Assembly (NCBI GenBank): GCA_965225945.1
Contig: CBDDBZ010000030.1
Location: 128,001-192,000, forward strand
Source of the DNA: Alphaproteobacteria bacterium
GTDB lineage: Bacteria > Pseudomonadota > Alphaproteobacteria > GCA-2731375
Direction of reading: 5' to 3'
Length of the DNA stretch: 64,000 nt
Shown: piece by piece, positions 1 to 9,239 of the stretch
How the letters are laid out: every line of letters starts with the position of its first letter
Numbering within the stretch: the first letter of the stretch is position 1
Made by a program: the position numbers and the translations under genes
The notes under the pieces: model-generated
The model's input: the letters and a program-made list of their open reading frames with translations, nothing else
Database searches by the model: none
Told to the model about the DNA's origin: nothing

Positions 1-2075
1 TCTATCCAGCGCGTTTCGGCGCCTGAATACCAGGGTGCCAAGACCATGCTCTCGCCGTCGGGCGCGATCGACACAATCCAATCGCTGCCGGTCTGGGGGT
101 CCAACCCAGTTTGCGTGCGGCCGAACATCAGCGATCGGATCTCATTGCCATCTAGTCTGTCATTTTTCGGGCGGCGTAATTGATCGAAATTTCTGGGACA
201 CCGGCCTTGCGAAGTCCGGCCTTGAGACGCTCCCTGTCGTTATCCTCCCTGTACGGCCAGAGATCGACGACGGCCAGGGTCAACGGAGGCCGGCCCGCTT
301 TCCTGCGCCGCTTGTTGGCCGAATCGATGGCCGACCGGCCTTGCGGCTTACGGGTGAGATGGCCATAGCTCGCGGCGAGAACCGTGAACACGGAATAGTT
401 CCTCGGGCTGCGCTTGGCCGCCCGTTCGAGCGCCGAAGCCGCGTCGTCAAATTGCCCCAGCCCGAACCGGGCGAGGCCGATCTGGAGTACGTAACTGGCC
501 GGGTAATGAGGATCGAGACGCATCGCCTTGTTGATGAGGTTCACGCTCTGAGTTGGGATACCGGCCCAGATCAATGCTTCGGCCATGGCCATGTAGCCCG
601 CCGGATCATTGGCATCAAGGGCGATTGCGCGCTTGGCCTCGTCAACGCTCGCGTCGTAGTGGCCCTGTCGCGAGAGCATCTTCGAAGCGACCTGGTGAGC
701 AAGAGGCGATGGCTCCTTCAAGGCTTCATGGAGGTACTGCTCGGCCCGCCAAAAAGCTTCGTCGGGTGACACGCCGCGCACATCCCATCCCATCGCCGCG
801 CTGTCTCTATAGATCTCCGCGAGCGCGGCGTAAGCTCGTCCGTATTCGTTATCCAACTTGATCGCTTCTTCGAGGTAGGGCACCCCCTTGGCGTAGTCGG
901 CCGCACTCGCACCGCGAAAATGTTCACGACCTTGCAAAAAGGCGTCATATGCCTGCGGATTGTCGTATCTTCGGCGGCTTTGCAGGGACTGCTCGCCGGA
1001 GGTCAGATTGACCGCCAGCGCGACCACGATGTTTCCCGTCACTTTGTCTTGCAGCGCAAAGACATCGGCAAGTGACCCGTCGTAGCGATCCGCCCACAAG
1101 TGGCCGCCGGTCGCGGCTTCGATGAGCTGGGCGTTGATGCGGACGGAATCGCCGATCCGGCGTACGCTGCCTTCGAGCACGTATCGCACACCCAATTCCT
1201 GGGCCACGGTCCGGATATCGATCTGCTTGCCCTTGTAGGCGAACGACGAATTGCGGGCGATCACGAACAGGCCGGAGATCTTGGAAAGGTCGGTGATGAT
1301 GTCCTCGGCAATACCATCGGCAAAGTATGCCTGCTCGGGATCCGCGCTCATGTTGGTGAAGGGCAGCACGGCGATAGACGGCCGGTCGGGCAGGGTGATC
1401 TCGACGTCTTGGTCTGCCGCGACCTCGGTCGGCGGGGCCGGTGATCGAAGTTCGAGGATCCACAGGGCGCCGGCGCCGACGACTAGGACGGCGGCCGCGA
1501 CCAGCAGCGCAATGCGCAGCCACGGTTGCTTCGCTTTTGGCTGCGCGGCAATCGAGGCCACGGACGCTTCGGGCTCCATGCGTACACGGAATACCGGCAC
1601 CGGCTCCTCGATGTTCTTGACCTGCTGCAGCCCCATGTCCTCGAAGTCCAAGTCCACCGTCGACTTTACCTGCCGGTACGCATCACCCGAGACATAGACC
1701 GCGCCGGGCTCCGCTAGTTCCTGTAAGCGCGCCGCCACGTTTACCCCGGCGCCGAAGATATCGTCATCATCGACCACGATATCGCCGATGTTCACGCCGA
1801 CTCGATAGACGATTCGACGCTCTTCCGGCTGATCGGATTCGCGCTCGACCATCGCCGTTTGAACTTCGACGGCACACAGAACCGCTTCGGCGGCGCTCGG
1901 AAACTCGATCAGAATTCCATCGCCGGTGGTCTTGACGATGCGGCCCTGATGTTCGGCGGTCTTCGGGTCGATCAGTTCCTTGCGGTGAGACTTCTGGCGC
2001 GCGAGCGTTCCCCTCTCATCGGTTTCGATTAGCCGGCTGGTGTATCGCACCCGGTTCCTTGGACACAAGTTTGTC

Positions 2076-2987
2076 TCATGCGGCGGGCCTGAGTGACATC
2101 GCGGTGTGCCACGCCTGACGAGCTTGAGCGGGGCTCAGGTAGCCGTTCTTCTCCACGATCCACTGGGCATTGTACTGTTCGACGAACCCGCGGACGGCGT
2201 TCCGCAGCTCCGCGATGTTGCGGTAGATGCGGCCATGGATGATCTGTTCCTTGAGCGTGCGATTGAACCTCTCGGCGACGCCGTTGGTCTGGGGCTGTTC
2301 GACGAAGGCGTAGGACGGCTGGATGCCCCAGAACTTGATCTGGTTGGTGAAGTGGTCCGACAGATACTGGGAGCCGTGATCCATCCGCAAGGCCAGCCCC
2401 CGCGCCGCACCGGCGGAGGTCGAGGCATACAGCCTCGCAAGCCCCATGGAGATCGGCTGAAGGGCGGCGAAGCGGTCGCCTCGCTTGCACACATGCCAGC
2501 CGACGCACTCGGCGTTCCAATGCTCGATGGCGGTGAATATCCAGCCCCAGCCGTCGTCCACCGTGAACACCCGAACGCCGTCCGTGCCCCACATGAGGTT
2601 GGGGGCATGGGTGATGATCTCACCGACATGGGGATTTCCGCCACGGCGGCGGCAGCGATGGGGCGAGAGCAGGTTGTTCTCGCGCATCACCCGGAGCACC
2701 CGCTTGCGGGAAACACGGATGCCACGACAGACCCGAAGCCGAGCCCAGACCTTGCGGTGTCCCTCGCCCTCCCAGGGGGATGCCTCCAGGTCGGCCTCGA
2801 TGGCCACCAGCAGAGCCTCGTCCGAGATCGAGGGCTTCGGTCCCCGGCGCTTTGCTGGTGGGCGCTCAGCGGTGGCCTGCTGCCGGGATTTCATGGCGTA
2901 GAACGAGGAACGGGCAAAACCCCAGGCCGCACAGACCCGCTGGAGGCCGTAGGCCAAACCCGTGCCGGGAGAGGTGGCGGCACTCAT
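2076..2987 (-). CDS. DDE transposase, integrase (rve) core
   Basis: WGTD...RMDHGSQY...PQTNGVAERFNRTLKE; ATGA overlap with the upstream ORF. Confidence 0.9.
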   Translation of the reverse strand: MSAATSPGTGLAYGLQRVCAAWGFARSSFYAMKSRQQATAERPPAKRRGPKPSISDEALLVAIEADLEASPWEGEGHRKVWARLRVCRGIRVSRKRVLRVMRENNLLSPHRCRRRGGNPHVGEIITHAPNLMWGTDGVRVFTVDDGWGWIFTAIEHWNAECVGWHVCKRGDRFAALQPISMGLARLYASTSAGAARGLALRMDHGSQYLSDHFTNQIKFWGIQPSYAFVEQPQTNGVAERFNRTLKEQIIHGRIYRNIAELRNAVRGFVEQYNAQWIVEKNGYLSPAQARQAWHTAMSLRPAA

Positions 2988-3394
2988 CGCCGCGACCTCC
3001 GCCGCCCCAAAGGGCCGGACGTCTCCGTCTTGGCCTCCAGCAGTTCCACCTGCATGATCAACTCCCCGATCCGCTTCATGGCGATGTCCAGTTCCGCCTT
3101 TACCGGATCGCCCTTGCGTTCCTTGAGCGAGGCATCGATCCCGGCGATCGCCTTCTCACGCCACTGCTCGAGCCGGAAAATCTCCACGCCCAACTGCCGC
3201 GACAAAAGTTCCACCGGCTCGCCACGCAAAAGCCGCAGGGCAACCTCACGCTTGCGCGTCACCGTCCACCGCTGGCCAAGTCCCAGCGGGCCTGCCGGCG
3301 AAACCTGGCCCGGGGAAAACGTGGACGAGCCAAGCTCGCCCTCGTTTACCACAGGCCCATCAACAGCAACTTTGTTCTCAAAATTGTCGGTCAT
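2984..3394 (-). CDS. IS OrfA-like HTH protein
   Basis: RWTVTRKREVALRLLRGE HTH-like segment plus coiled coil; AAGGAGG RBS before ATG at 3394. Confidence 0.8.
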   Translation of the reverse strand: MTDNFENKVAVDGPVVNEGELGSSTFSPGQVSPAGPLGLGQRWTVTRKREVALRLLRGEPVELLSRQLGVEIFRLEQWREKAIAGIDASLKERKGDPVKAELDIAMKRIGELIMQVELLEAKTETSGPLGRRRSRR

Positions 3395-3673
3395 GTTCCG
3401 GTCCTCCTTGGACACTTCGATTAAACCAATTCTGTGTCCAAGGAAATCGGGTCCGACTCACGATTAGCCGGCTGTAACCAACCATGTCGGCGACAAGAAT
3501 GGCGGCCAGCCTACGCTCGACCCGCTGCTCCACAGTCGTCAGCCCTCCTGACGCGCTCAAGTCCGCCAATTGTATACGCTAACTATGCAATTGTCGTAGT
3601 CAGCCAGCCGACCGCTACCTCCGTTCCGGTGACGGCCCCAAAAGTCGCCGACGGCGACGTTTCGGTCGGACGC

Positions 3674-4582
3674 TCAGTCCTCGAGGTCGAGTTCGCTCGC
3701 CTCCGGCACGCGGAAATACTCCGGCTTGGTGTGGCACCAGAGATCGCCCCACATCTGTTGGCCGCCGTCGACGGTGACGACCTCGCCGGTGATGAACTTG
3801 CCGGACGGGGCGGCGAGATAGACGCAGGCCTCGGCCACGTCCTGCACCTCGCCGGTGCGCATCATCGGATTGGCGTAGCTGTAGAGGGCCGCCGCCGTCG
3901 GTGGATAGACGTTGAAGCCCTCGGTCTCGATGCAGCCGGGGGCGACGCAGTTGACCCGGATCCGGTCGGGCGCCCATTCGACGGCCACGGTCTTGGAGAG
4001 ATAGGTGACGCCGGCGCGCGCGGCGCAGGTGTGGGCGATATCGGGCATGCCGCGCTGGAACACGGCGACGATGTTGATGATCGCGCCGGGCCGCTCGTCG
4101 GCGATCCAGCGTCGCGCCGCCGCCTGCATCATGTACCAGGTGCCGTTCAGGTTGGTGTCGATCACCGCGTTCCAGCCCTTGACCGAGAACTCGATCGCCT
4201 TCTGCGGAAACTGGCCGCCGGCGTTGTTGACCAGGATGTCGATGCCGCCGCGCGCCTCCCACGCGGCGTCGATCAGCCGGGCCACCTGCTCGGGATCGCG
4301 GATCGTCATCGGGTGGACGTCGACCTCGGCGCCGAATTTGCGGAGCCAGCGCTCAGTGCCGCGCAACTTCTCCTCGTCGCGCCCGCAAATCACCAGGTCG
4401 GCGCCGAGCCGCGCGAAGAGGAAGGCGATCGCCTTGCCGAGGCCGCTGCCAGCGCCCGAGACCAAGGCCACCTTGCCTTTCAGCAACTCGTCGCGGAACA
4501 CCGTCGGGCGCGCGGCCAAGTCCGCATCCTCGATGCCGTAGATCTTGCGCGCCTTCGCCTTCGTCGCCTCCGCCTCCGCCAT
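3674..4582 (-). CDS. SDR oxidoreductase (enoyl-/dienoyl-CoA reductase-like)
   Basis: SGAGSGLG, NNAGGQF, HTCAARAG, RVNCVAPG; GAGGGAGG RBS. Confidence 0.85.
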   Translation of the reverse strand: MAEAEATKAKARKIYGIEDADLAARPTVFRDELLKGKVALVSGAGSGLGKAIAFLFARLGADLVICGRDEEKLRGTERWLRKFGAEVDVHPMTIRDPEQVARLIDAAWEARGGIDILVNNAGGQFPQKAIEFSVKGWNAVIDTNLNGTWYMMQAAARRWIADERPGAIINIVAVFQRGMPDIAHTCAARAGVTYLSKTVAVEWAPDRIRVNCVAPGCIETEGFNVYPPTAAALYSYANPMMRTGEVQDVAEACVYLAAPSGKFITGEVVTVDGGQQMWGDLWCHTKPEYFRVPEASELDLED

Positions 4583-4847
4583 TTGACGCCTCCCTCGCAT
4601 CCGCGGCCCCGCCGTCCGGGGTCCCGGACTGTGTGATGCTCGCCCGTCGCTCGCAAGGGGAAATTGGGAGACGAGGAGATGCATGATCCGGCCGTTCGGG
4701 GCGCCGTCATGGTCGAGGGCACGGGCAGCCAGCCCAACGTCGGCGTCTTCGTCGGCCATTCCAAACGACTTCGGCCCGCCTGGCGGATAGGCTCCGAGGC
4801 CACTATGATCGGCTCGTGGCCGATGACTGAAGGTAAGGGAGAAAACG

Positions 4848-5294
4848 ATGTCTCAACTCGAAATCGGGGATCAGGCGCCCGCCTTCAGCCTGCTCAATCA
4901 GCATGGCAAGGAAACAAGTCTCGCCGATTTCGCCGGCCGGAACGTGCTGATCTGGTTCTTTCCCCGCGCCTATGGAAACAATTGAACCAAAGAAGCTGAC
5001 GGGTTCCGTGATCGAACCCGGGACTTTGCCGACAAGAACACGGCCTTGCTCGCCATAACCTTCAGCGCGAGCGCGGAGCTGAAGGCATGGGGCGAGGCGG
5101 TCGGGCTCGACATCGACCTCTTGTGCGATGCCGAGCGTTCCGTCGCGATTGAATACGGCGCGGCGGAAAGCCCGGATCAGGAGCGGCCGAAACGGCTTTC
5201 CATTCTGGTCGGCGCCGAGGGCGAGATTCGCAAGATTTACGATGTCTCGGACGCGGAGGCGCATCCGAGCGAGGTTCTGAGCGATCTGACTTAG
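4848..5294 (+). CDS. Bcp/PrxQ-like peroxiredoxin, predicted selenoprotein (UGA at codon 46)
   Basis: MSQLEIGDQAPAFSLLNQHGK...WFFPRAYGNN-TGA(4983-4985)-TKEADGFRD continues in frame to 5294. The TGA occupies the peroxidatic Cys position of the PxxxTxxC-T-x-E motif. Confidence 0.8.
5000..5020 (+). promoter_or_regulatory. Putative bacterial SECIS hairpin
   Basis: CGGGTTC-cgtgatc-GAACCCG, a perfect 7-bp stem 14 nt 3' of the in-frame UGA. Confidence 0.65.
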
Positions 5295-5324
5295 GCCAAC
5301 GGACATAAGTCCTGACCGCCCCGC

Positions 5325-5852
5325 CTAGCCCTCCTGGCCGAGGCGGGCGAGGATGGGAGCGATGGCGGCTTCGGCGATCGCCCTCAGCTCCTCCGCGCCG
5401 CGGTTCTGGATCGGGTGCGCCACCCACACGATCGCCGGCTCGAAGCCGAGCGCCTCGCCCTGTGCCTTGGCCGCGTCCTTGAAGGCCGTGGTCGCCACCA
5501 TCACGCCGGGAATGCCCCTGCCGTCGAGATCCGCGATGTCATGCAAACTGCACGACGTACACGCCCCTCAATCGGCCAGCGCTTCGATGACGACGTCGCA
5601 CTCGGCGGCGATGTCGGCGGCGCCGTAGTCCCGCGCCAGCGTCACCGGCGAAGGCTTGGCGTAGCGCCTGACCTGGAGCTGGCGTTCGGCGAGCAAAACT
5701 TCAATCGAATCAAGAAATTCGTCGCTCCGCTCCTTGCCGATATCCAGCAGTGCGATACAGCACCCCTGGAGCGTGTCCGGCGGGGCCAGGCGGGGCCGCG
5801 TCGCCGGGCCTCCCTCGCTCGTCGGATCGCGCATCGAATAGCCCTCGTTCAT
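5325..5852 (-). CDS. UGSC-family (seleno)protein, motif U-G-A-C-T-S-C
   Basis: ...CDVVIEALAD-TGA(5570-5568)-GACTSCSLHD...GIPGV...HPIQN in one frame, 175 aa. Start overlaps the upstream stop codon. Confidence 0.8.
5537..5556 (-). promoter_or_regulatory. Putative SECIS hairpin of the UGSC gene
   Basis: Minus strand GTCGTGCA-GTT-TGCATGAC (8 bp with one G.U pair, loop starting with G) about 12 nt after the UGA. Confidence 0.6.
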
Positions 5853-7285
5853 GCCTCGATCTCCTTGGTTACGGGTTGTACCACGTCGCGTTTGCGGCCG
5901 CCGGGCCAGCCCCCGATGATCGCCGAGAACAGCCCCGCCGGCCCGCCGGCCCGCGCGATCAGCAAGCCGTGGTCGCGCCAGAACTTGGGCAATACACCGC
6001 TGGCCTCCTCGAGCTCCATGCCCTCGCCGACGCCGCCGACGTCGCGCGCCAATTCCGCCGCCGGCCGCGTCGTCGCCTCGTGCAGCGCCTCCTCGATCCG
6101 CGCCCGGTCCCAGCCCGCGTCGCGGTAGATCGCATAATGCTCCGGCGAGAGCAGCAGGATGGCGTTGCACCACTCAGCCAGCTTGGGATGACCGACGCCG
6201 ATCAGCGACATCGCCAGCGACTTGCTCAAGCTCTCCGGCGTGCGGGACTTCTGGTCGATGAAGCCGGTGACGCCGTCGCCGTGGAAGAGGGTCACGGCCG
6301 AGGCGCCGGCGGCGATGCCGCGGGCTTGCGCGAGTGGCGTCCACTCGGGGTCGGATTCGTCCTCGGCCAGGCAGAAGCCCACCTTGCCGGGATTGCCGAA
6401 GGTCGCGCGGTCGATGCCGCCCGGCTGGCCGCCGCCGACGTTGCGGATCAACAGTTGCAGCGCGCGGCCGATGGTCGAGTTGGCGCGGTTGCCCTGGCCC
6501 AGGCAGTTGACGCCGGAATTCATCCCGATCGCCCGGGTTACGGGGCCGTTGACGATGATCACCGGGCCGGAGAAATAGGTCGTGCACAAGAGGCCATGCA
6601 TGGCGAATTCGCGTTTCAGCGCCGCGGCCACCACGGCGAGGACCACCGGCATGTAGTCCGGCCGGCAGCCCGCCATCACGGCGTTGATCGCCACCTTCTC
6701 GATCGTGCATTCGGCGAGGTTGGGCGGGATCGGGCCGATCACCTCGTCCGGTGCGCGGTCGGTGCCGGCGAGCATGCGCAGGATCCGCTCGTCGGTCGGC
6801 GGCACCACCGGCAGGCCATCGGTCCAGCCGCGCTCGAAACAGCTCTCCAGGGGATCGTCATAGGCGCCGACCTCGATGCGCCGCGCCGCCAGGCCCACTT
6901 CGCCCCAGCGCACTTGCAGCCGCTCGCGCATGCCGGGCTCGACGTTGCGGGCACCGCAACCCGGCTGCTGGTCCGGCAGCGCCGCGCCCAGCCCGGCGAG
7001 GCCGGAAAGTCGCTCCCATTCGCCGCGATGCCAGCCGACGGCGCGGCCAATTTCGCCCGCCTCGCCCAGACGGATCAGCGTCGGCACGATTTCGATGTCG
7101 TGGCGGAAGGAGATCTCAAGCTCCCGGTCGTCGATAGGATCCGGGATCGATTGCGGAAAACCCGGGTCGTCCTGGGTGTAAACGGCCAGCGGCGTCCCGC
7201 CGGCGCGAAGCTCGGCGTAGACCCCTTCCAGCATCTCGCAGGTCGGGCAGTCCCGCTTGGCGACGACGATCAGGCGCTCGCTCAC
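5849..7285 (-). CDS. Thioredoxin-like (CPTC) domain fused to an uncharacterised 'WTDGLPVVPPT' domain; UGSC partner
   Basis: KRDCPTC, EIVPTL (cis-Pro loop), GWTDGLPVVPPT, AINAVMAGC, NRANSTIGRAL; GTG start with GGAG RBS. Confidence 0.75.
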   Translation of the reverse strand: MSERLIVVAKRDCPTCEMLEGVYAELRAGGTPLAVYTQDDPGFPQSIPDPIDDRELEISFRHDIEIVPTLIRLGEAGEIGRAVGWHRGEWERLSGLAGLGAALPDQQPGCGARNVEPGMRERLQVRWGEVGLAARRIEVGAYDDPLESCFERGWTDGLPVVPPTDERILRMLAGTDRAPDEVIGPIPPNLAECTIEKVAINAVMAGCRPDYMPVVLAVVAAALKREFAMHGLLCTTYFSGPVIIVNGPVTRAIGMNSGVNCLGQGNRANSTIGRALQLLIRNVGGGQPGGIDRATFGNPGKVGFCLAEDESDPEWTPLAQARGIAAGASAVTLFHGDGVTGFIDQKSRTPESLSKSLAMSLIGVGHPKLAEWCNAILLLSPEHYAIYRDAGWDRARIEEALHEATTRPAAELARDVGGVGEGMELEEASGVLPKFWRDHGLLIARAGGPAGLFSAIIGGWPGGRKRDVVQPVTKEIEA

Positions 7286-7441
7286 CGCATTTCTCCCCCG
7301 GCCCGGCCGGCTCGACCGGCCCATGATAGCGCAATCGGCACCCCGGGGCTCATTGCAAGGTGCCGCGGCCGATGGACACTCCGGGGTCGCTCGGCTCTAA
7401 TGCCGGGCGAATGGGAACCACGCGCCCGAGGGAGAAACGAC

Positions 7442-8278
7442 ATGGATATCGGCGTTTTCATCTTCGCCACCGACTATACAATCCCCATGGACGAGCTGGG
7501 CAAGGAACTCGAGGAGCGGGGCTTCGAGAGCCTGTTCCTGCCCGAACACACCCACATTCCGACCAGCCGAAAGAGCCCGTTTCCCGGCGGTGGCGAACTC
7601 CCCAGGGAATATTCCCACACCTACGATCCCTTCGTGGCGCTGGCCTTCGCCGCCGCCGTCACGACCAAGCTGAAGCTCGGCACGGGCATCTGCTTGGTGC
7701 CGCAGCGCGATCCGATCGTCACCGCGAAAGCCATCGCCAGCCTGGACATGATGAGCGGGGGCCGCTTCGTCTTCGGCATCGGCGGCGGCTGGAACGTCGA
7801 GGAGATGAACGACCACGGCGCCGAATACAAGACCCGCTTCAAGCTGATGCGGGAGCAAATCCTGACGATGAAGGCGCTTTGGACCATGGAGCAGGCCGGC
7901 TTCGAGGGCGAGATGGTGCGCCTCTCGCCGTCCTGGTCCTACCCGAAGCCGGAGCAACGCCCGCATCCGCCGATCCTGCTCGGAGGCGAGAGCGACTACA
8001 CGCTCAGGCGCGTGGTCGACTATTGCGATGGCTGGTTCCCCCGCGCGGGGCGCGGTTTCGAGCCGGCGGAGCTGATGGCGCGCTTGCACGGAATCGCGGA
8101 CGAGGTCGGCCGCGACATGGCGACGTTGCAGGTCTCGCTGTTTCGCGCGCCGCCGGACGCGGCCGGGCTCGCCGCCTGCCGCGAGGCGGGGATCGATCGC
8201 GCCATCCTCGGTCTGCCCTCGGGCGACCGCGACATGGTGCTGGGGCTGCTCGACGACTACGAGCCGCTGCTGGCCTGA
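7442..8278 (+). CDS. LLM-class F420-dependent oxidoreductase (Rv2161c-like)
   Basis: GFESLFLPEHTHIP, DPFVALAFAAAVT, GGGWNVEEMNDHG, PKPEQRPHPPILLGG. Confidence 0.8.
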   Translation: MDIGVFIFATDYTIPMDELGKELEERGFESLFLPEHTHIPTSRKSPFPGGGELPREYSHTYDPFVALAFAAAVTTKLKLGTGICLVPQRDPIVTAKAIASLDMMSGGRFVFGIGGGWNVEEMNDHGAEYKTRFKLMREQILTMKALWTMEQAGFEGEMVRLSPSWSYPKPEQRPHPPILLGGESDYTLRRVVDYCDGWFPRAGRGFEPAELMARLHGIADEVGRDMATLQVSLFRAPPDAAGLAACREAGIDRAILGLPSGDRDMVLGLLDDYEPLLA

Positions 8279-8292
8279 GAGGCGGCGACGGC

Positions 8293-8715
8293 GTGACCGA
8301 CGCTGTGCGCGCGTTTCTCGATAGCGCGCGCGTCGCCCACCTGGCGACGGCGGACGGTGAGGGCCGCCCGCACGTGGTGCCGGTCTGCTTCGCGCCGCTG
8401 GACGAGACGATCTACATCGTCCTCGACGAAAAGCCCAAGCGGGTCGCCGGGCGGGCGCTGAAGCGGGTCCGCAATATCTTGCAGAACGGGCAGGTGGCCT
8501 TGGTCGTCGACCATTGGGACGAGGACTGGTCGCGCCTCGGCTGGGTGATGGTCCGGGGGCCGGCGGAGATCCTCGATGGCGGCGCCGAGCACGCCCGCGG
8601 CCTGGCCGCGCTCCTGGCCCGCTATCCGCAATACCGCGAGATGGATCTCGGCGGTGCGCCGATGATCGCCGTCCGGATCGACCGGATTACCTCGTGGGGA
8701 GCGCTAGAGTCCTGA
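8293..8715 (+). CDS. PPOX-class F420-dependent oxidoreductase (Rv0121-like)
   Basis: RVAHLATAD...PHVVPVCFA...DEKPK...LKRVRNI...VDHWDEDWSRLGWV...RYPQY. Confidence 0.8.
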   Translation: MTDAVRAFLDSARVAHLATADGEGRPHVVPVCFAPLDETIYIVLDEKPKRVAGRALKRVRNILQNGQVALVVDHWDEDWSRLGWVMVRGPAEILDGGAEHARGLAALLARYPQYREMDLGGAPMIAVRIDRITSWGALES

Positions 8716-8818
8716 GCTCTCAGCGGGAATAGACGAGCAGGGCGACACCCAAGAGCGCCGCAGCCCAGATCGCCATCGAGCCGGTGGACCAAGTCCGCAC
8801 TCATAAATCGGTGACTGT

Positions 8819-9239
8819 TGTCTAATTGAGTTCTGTCCTTTCAGGAAATAATTCCGCCTTGCCGCATCTTCGGTTGTCCACGGGGTCCCCCGTTTTTCGG
8901 TTTTGGGTTCTACTCTTCCCCATGCTTCTCATGGCGCCTCGCTCACCATTGAAGGTGAGAAGGATTGGTGCCATCAGGCTCGAGTGTTCGAGTTCCGGTT
9001 GTCCAGTCGAGTTTTGTCCTCTCCGGATGGAATTCCGCCTTGCCGCATCTTCGGTTGTCTACCCGGCCTTGCCATGGGGGGCTGGAGTTGCCGGCGCCTC
9101 AGGATGGCGGTCAGAGGAAGAAGGGTGTCTTTGATGTCCCCAACGCGGTCGATGCCGCGACAGTATAGGCGAGATCACCCTTCCCCGTCAGGCTGCGGCA
9201 AGCAGGCGGAAGCGGGCCTAGGGCCCGCCGGCCCGACGC
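8819..9239 (-). ncRNA. Putative bridge/seek RNA region of IS110 copy 1
   Basis: About 420-bp 3' non-coding region essentially identical to 16100-16521, containing guide-like segments (see findings). Confidence 0.65.

Larger units (their letters stand above)
2041..3460 (-). mobile_element. 1420-bp IS3/IS481-like insertion sequence with two ORFs
   Basis: Imperfect TG...CA terminal IRs (TGTATCGCACCCGGTTCCTTGGACACA / TGTGTCCAAGGAAATCGGGTCCGACTCA); flanking direct repeat CGATTAGCCGGCTG at 2026-2039 and 3461-3474. Confidence 0.9.
1..3533 (-). pseudogene. Class III adenylate/guanylate cyclase with TM, TolB-like and TPR regions, interrupted by an IS; C-terminus continues off the left edge after a frameshift
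   Basis: N-terminus VEQRVERRLAAILVADMVGYSRLI (3533-3461) resumes as SRLIETDERGTL left of the IS. Motifs KTTGDG, RVGVNIGD, GVNVAARLQ, PSIAVLPF. An A5 run at 163-167 shifts the frame; adding one A gives NDRLDGNEIRSLMFGRT... Confidence 0.85.
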
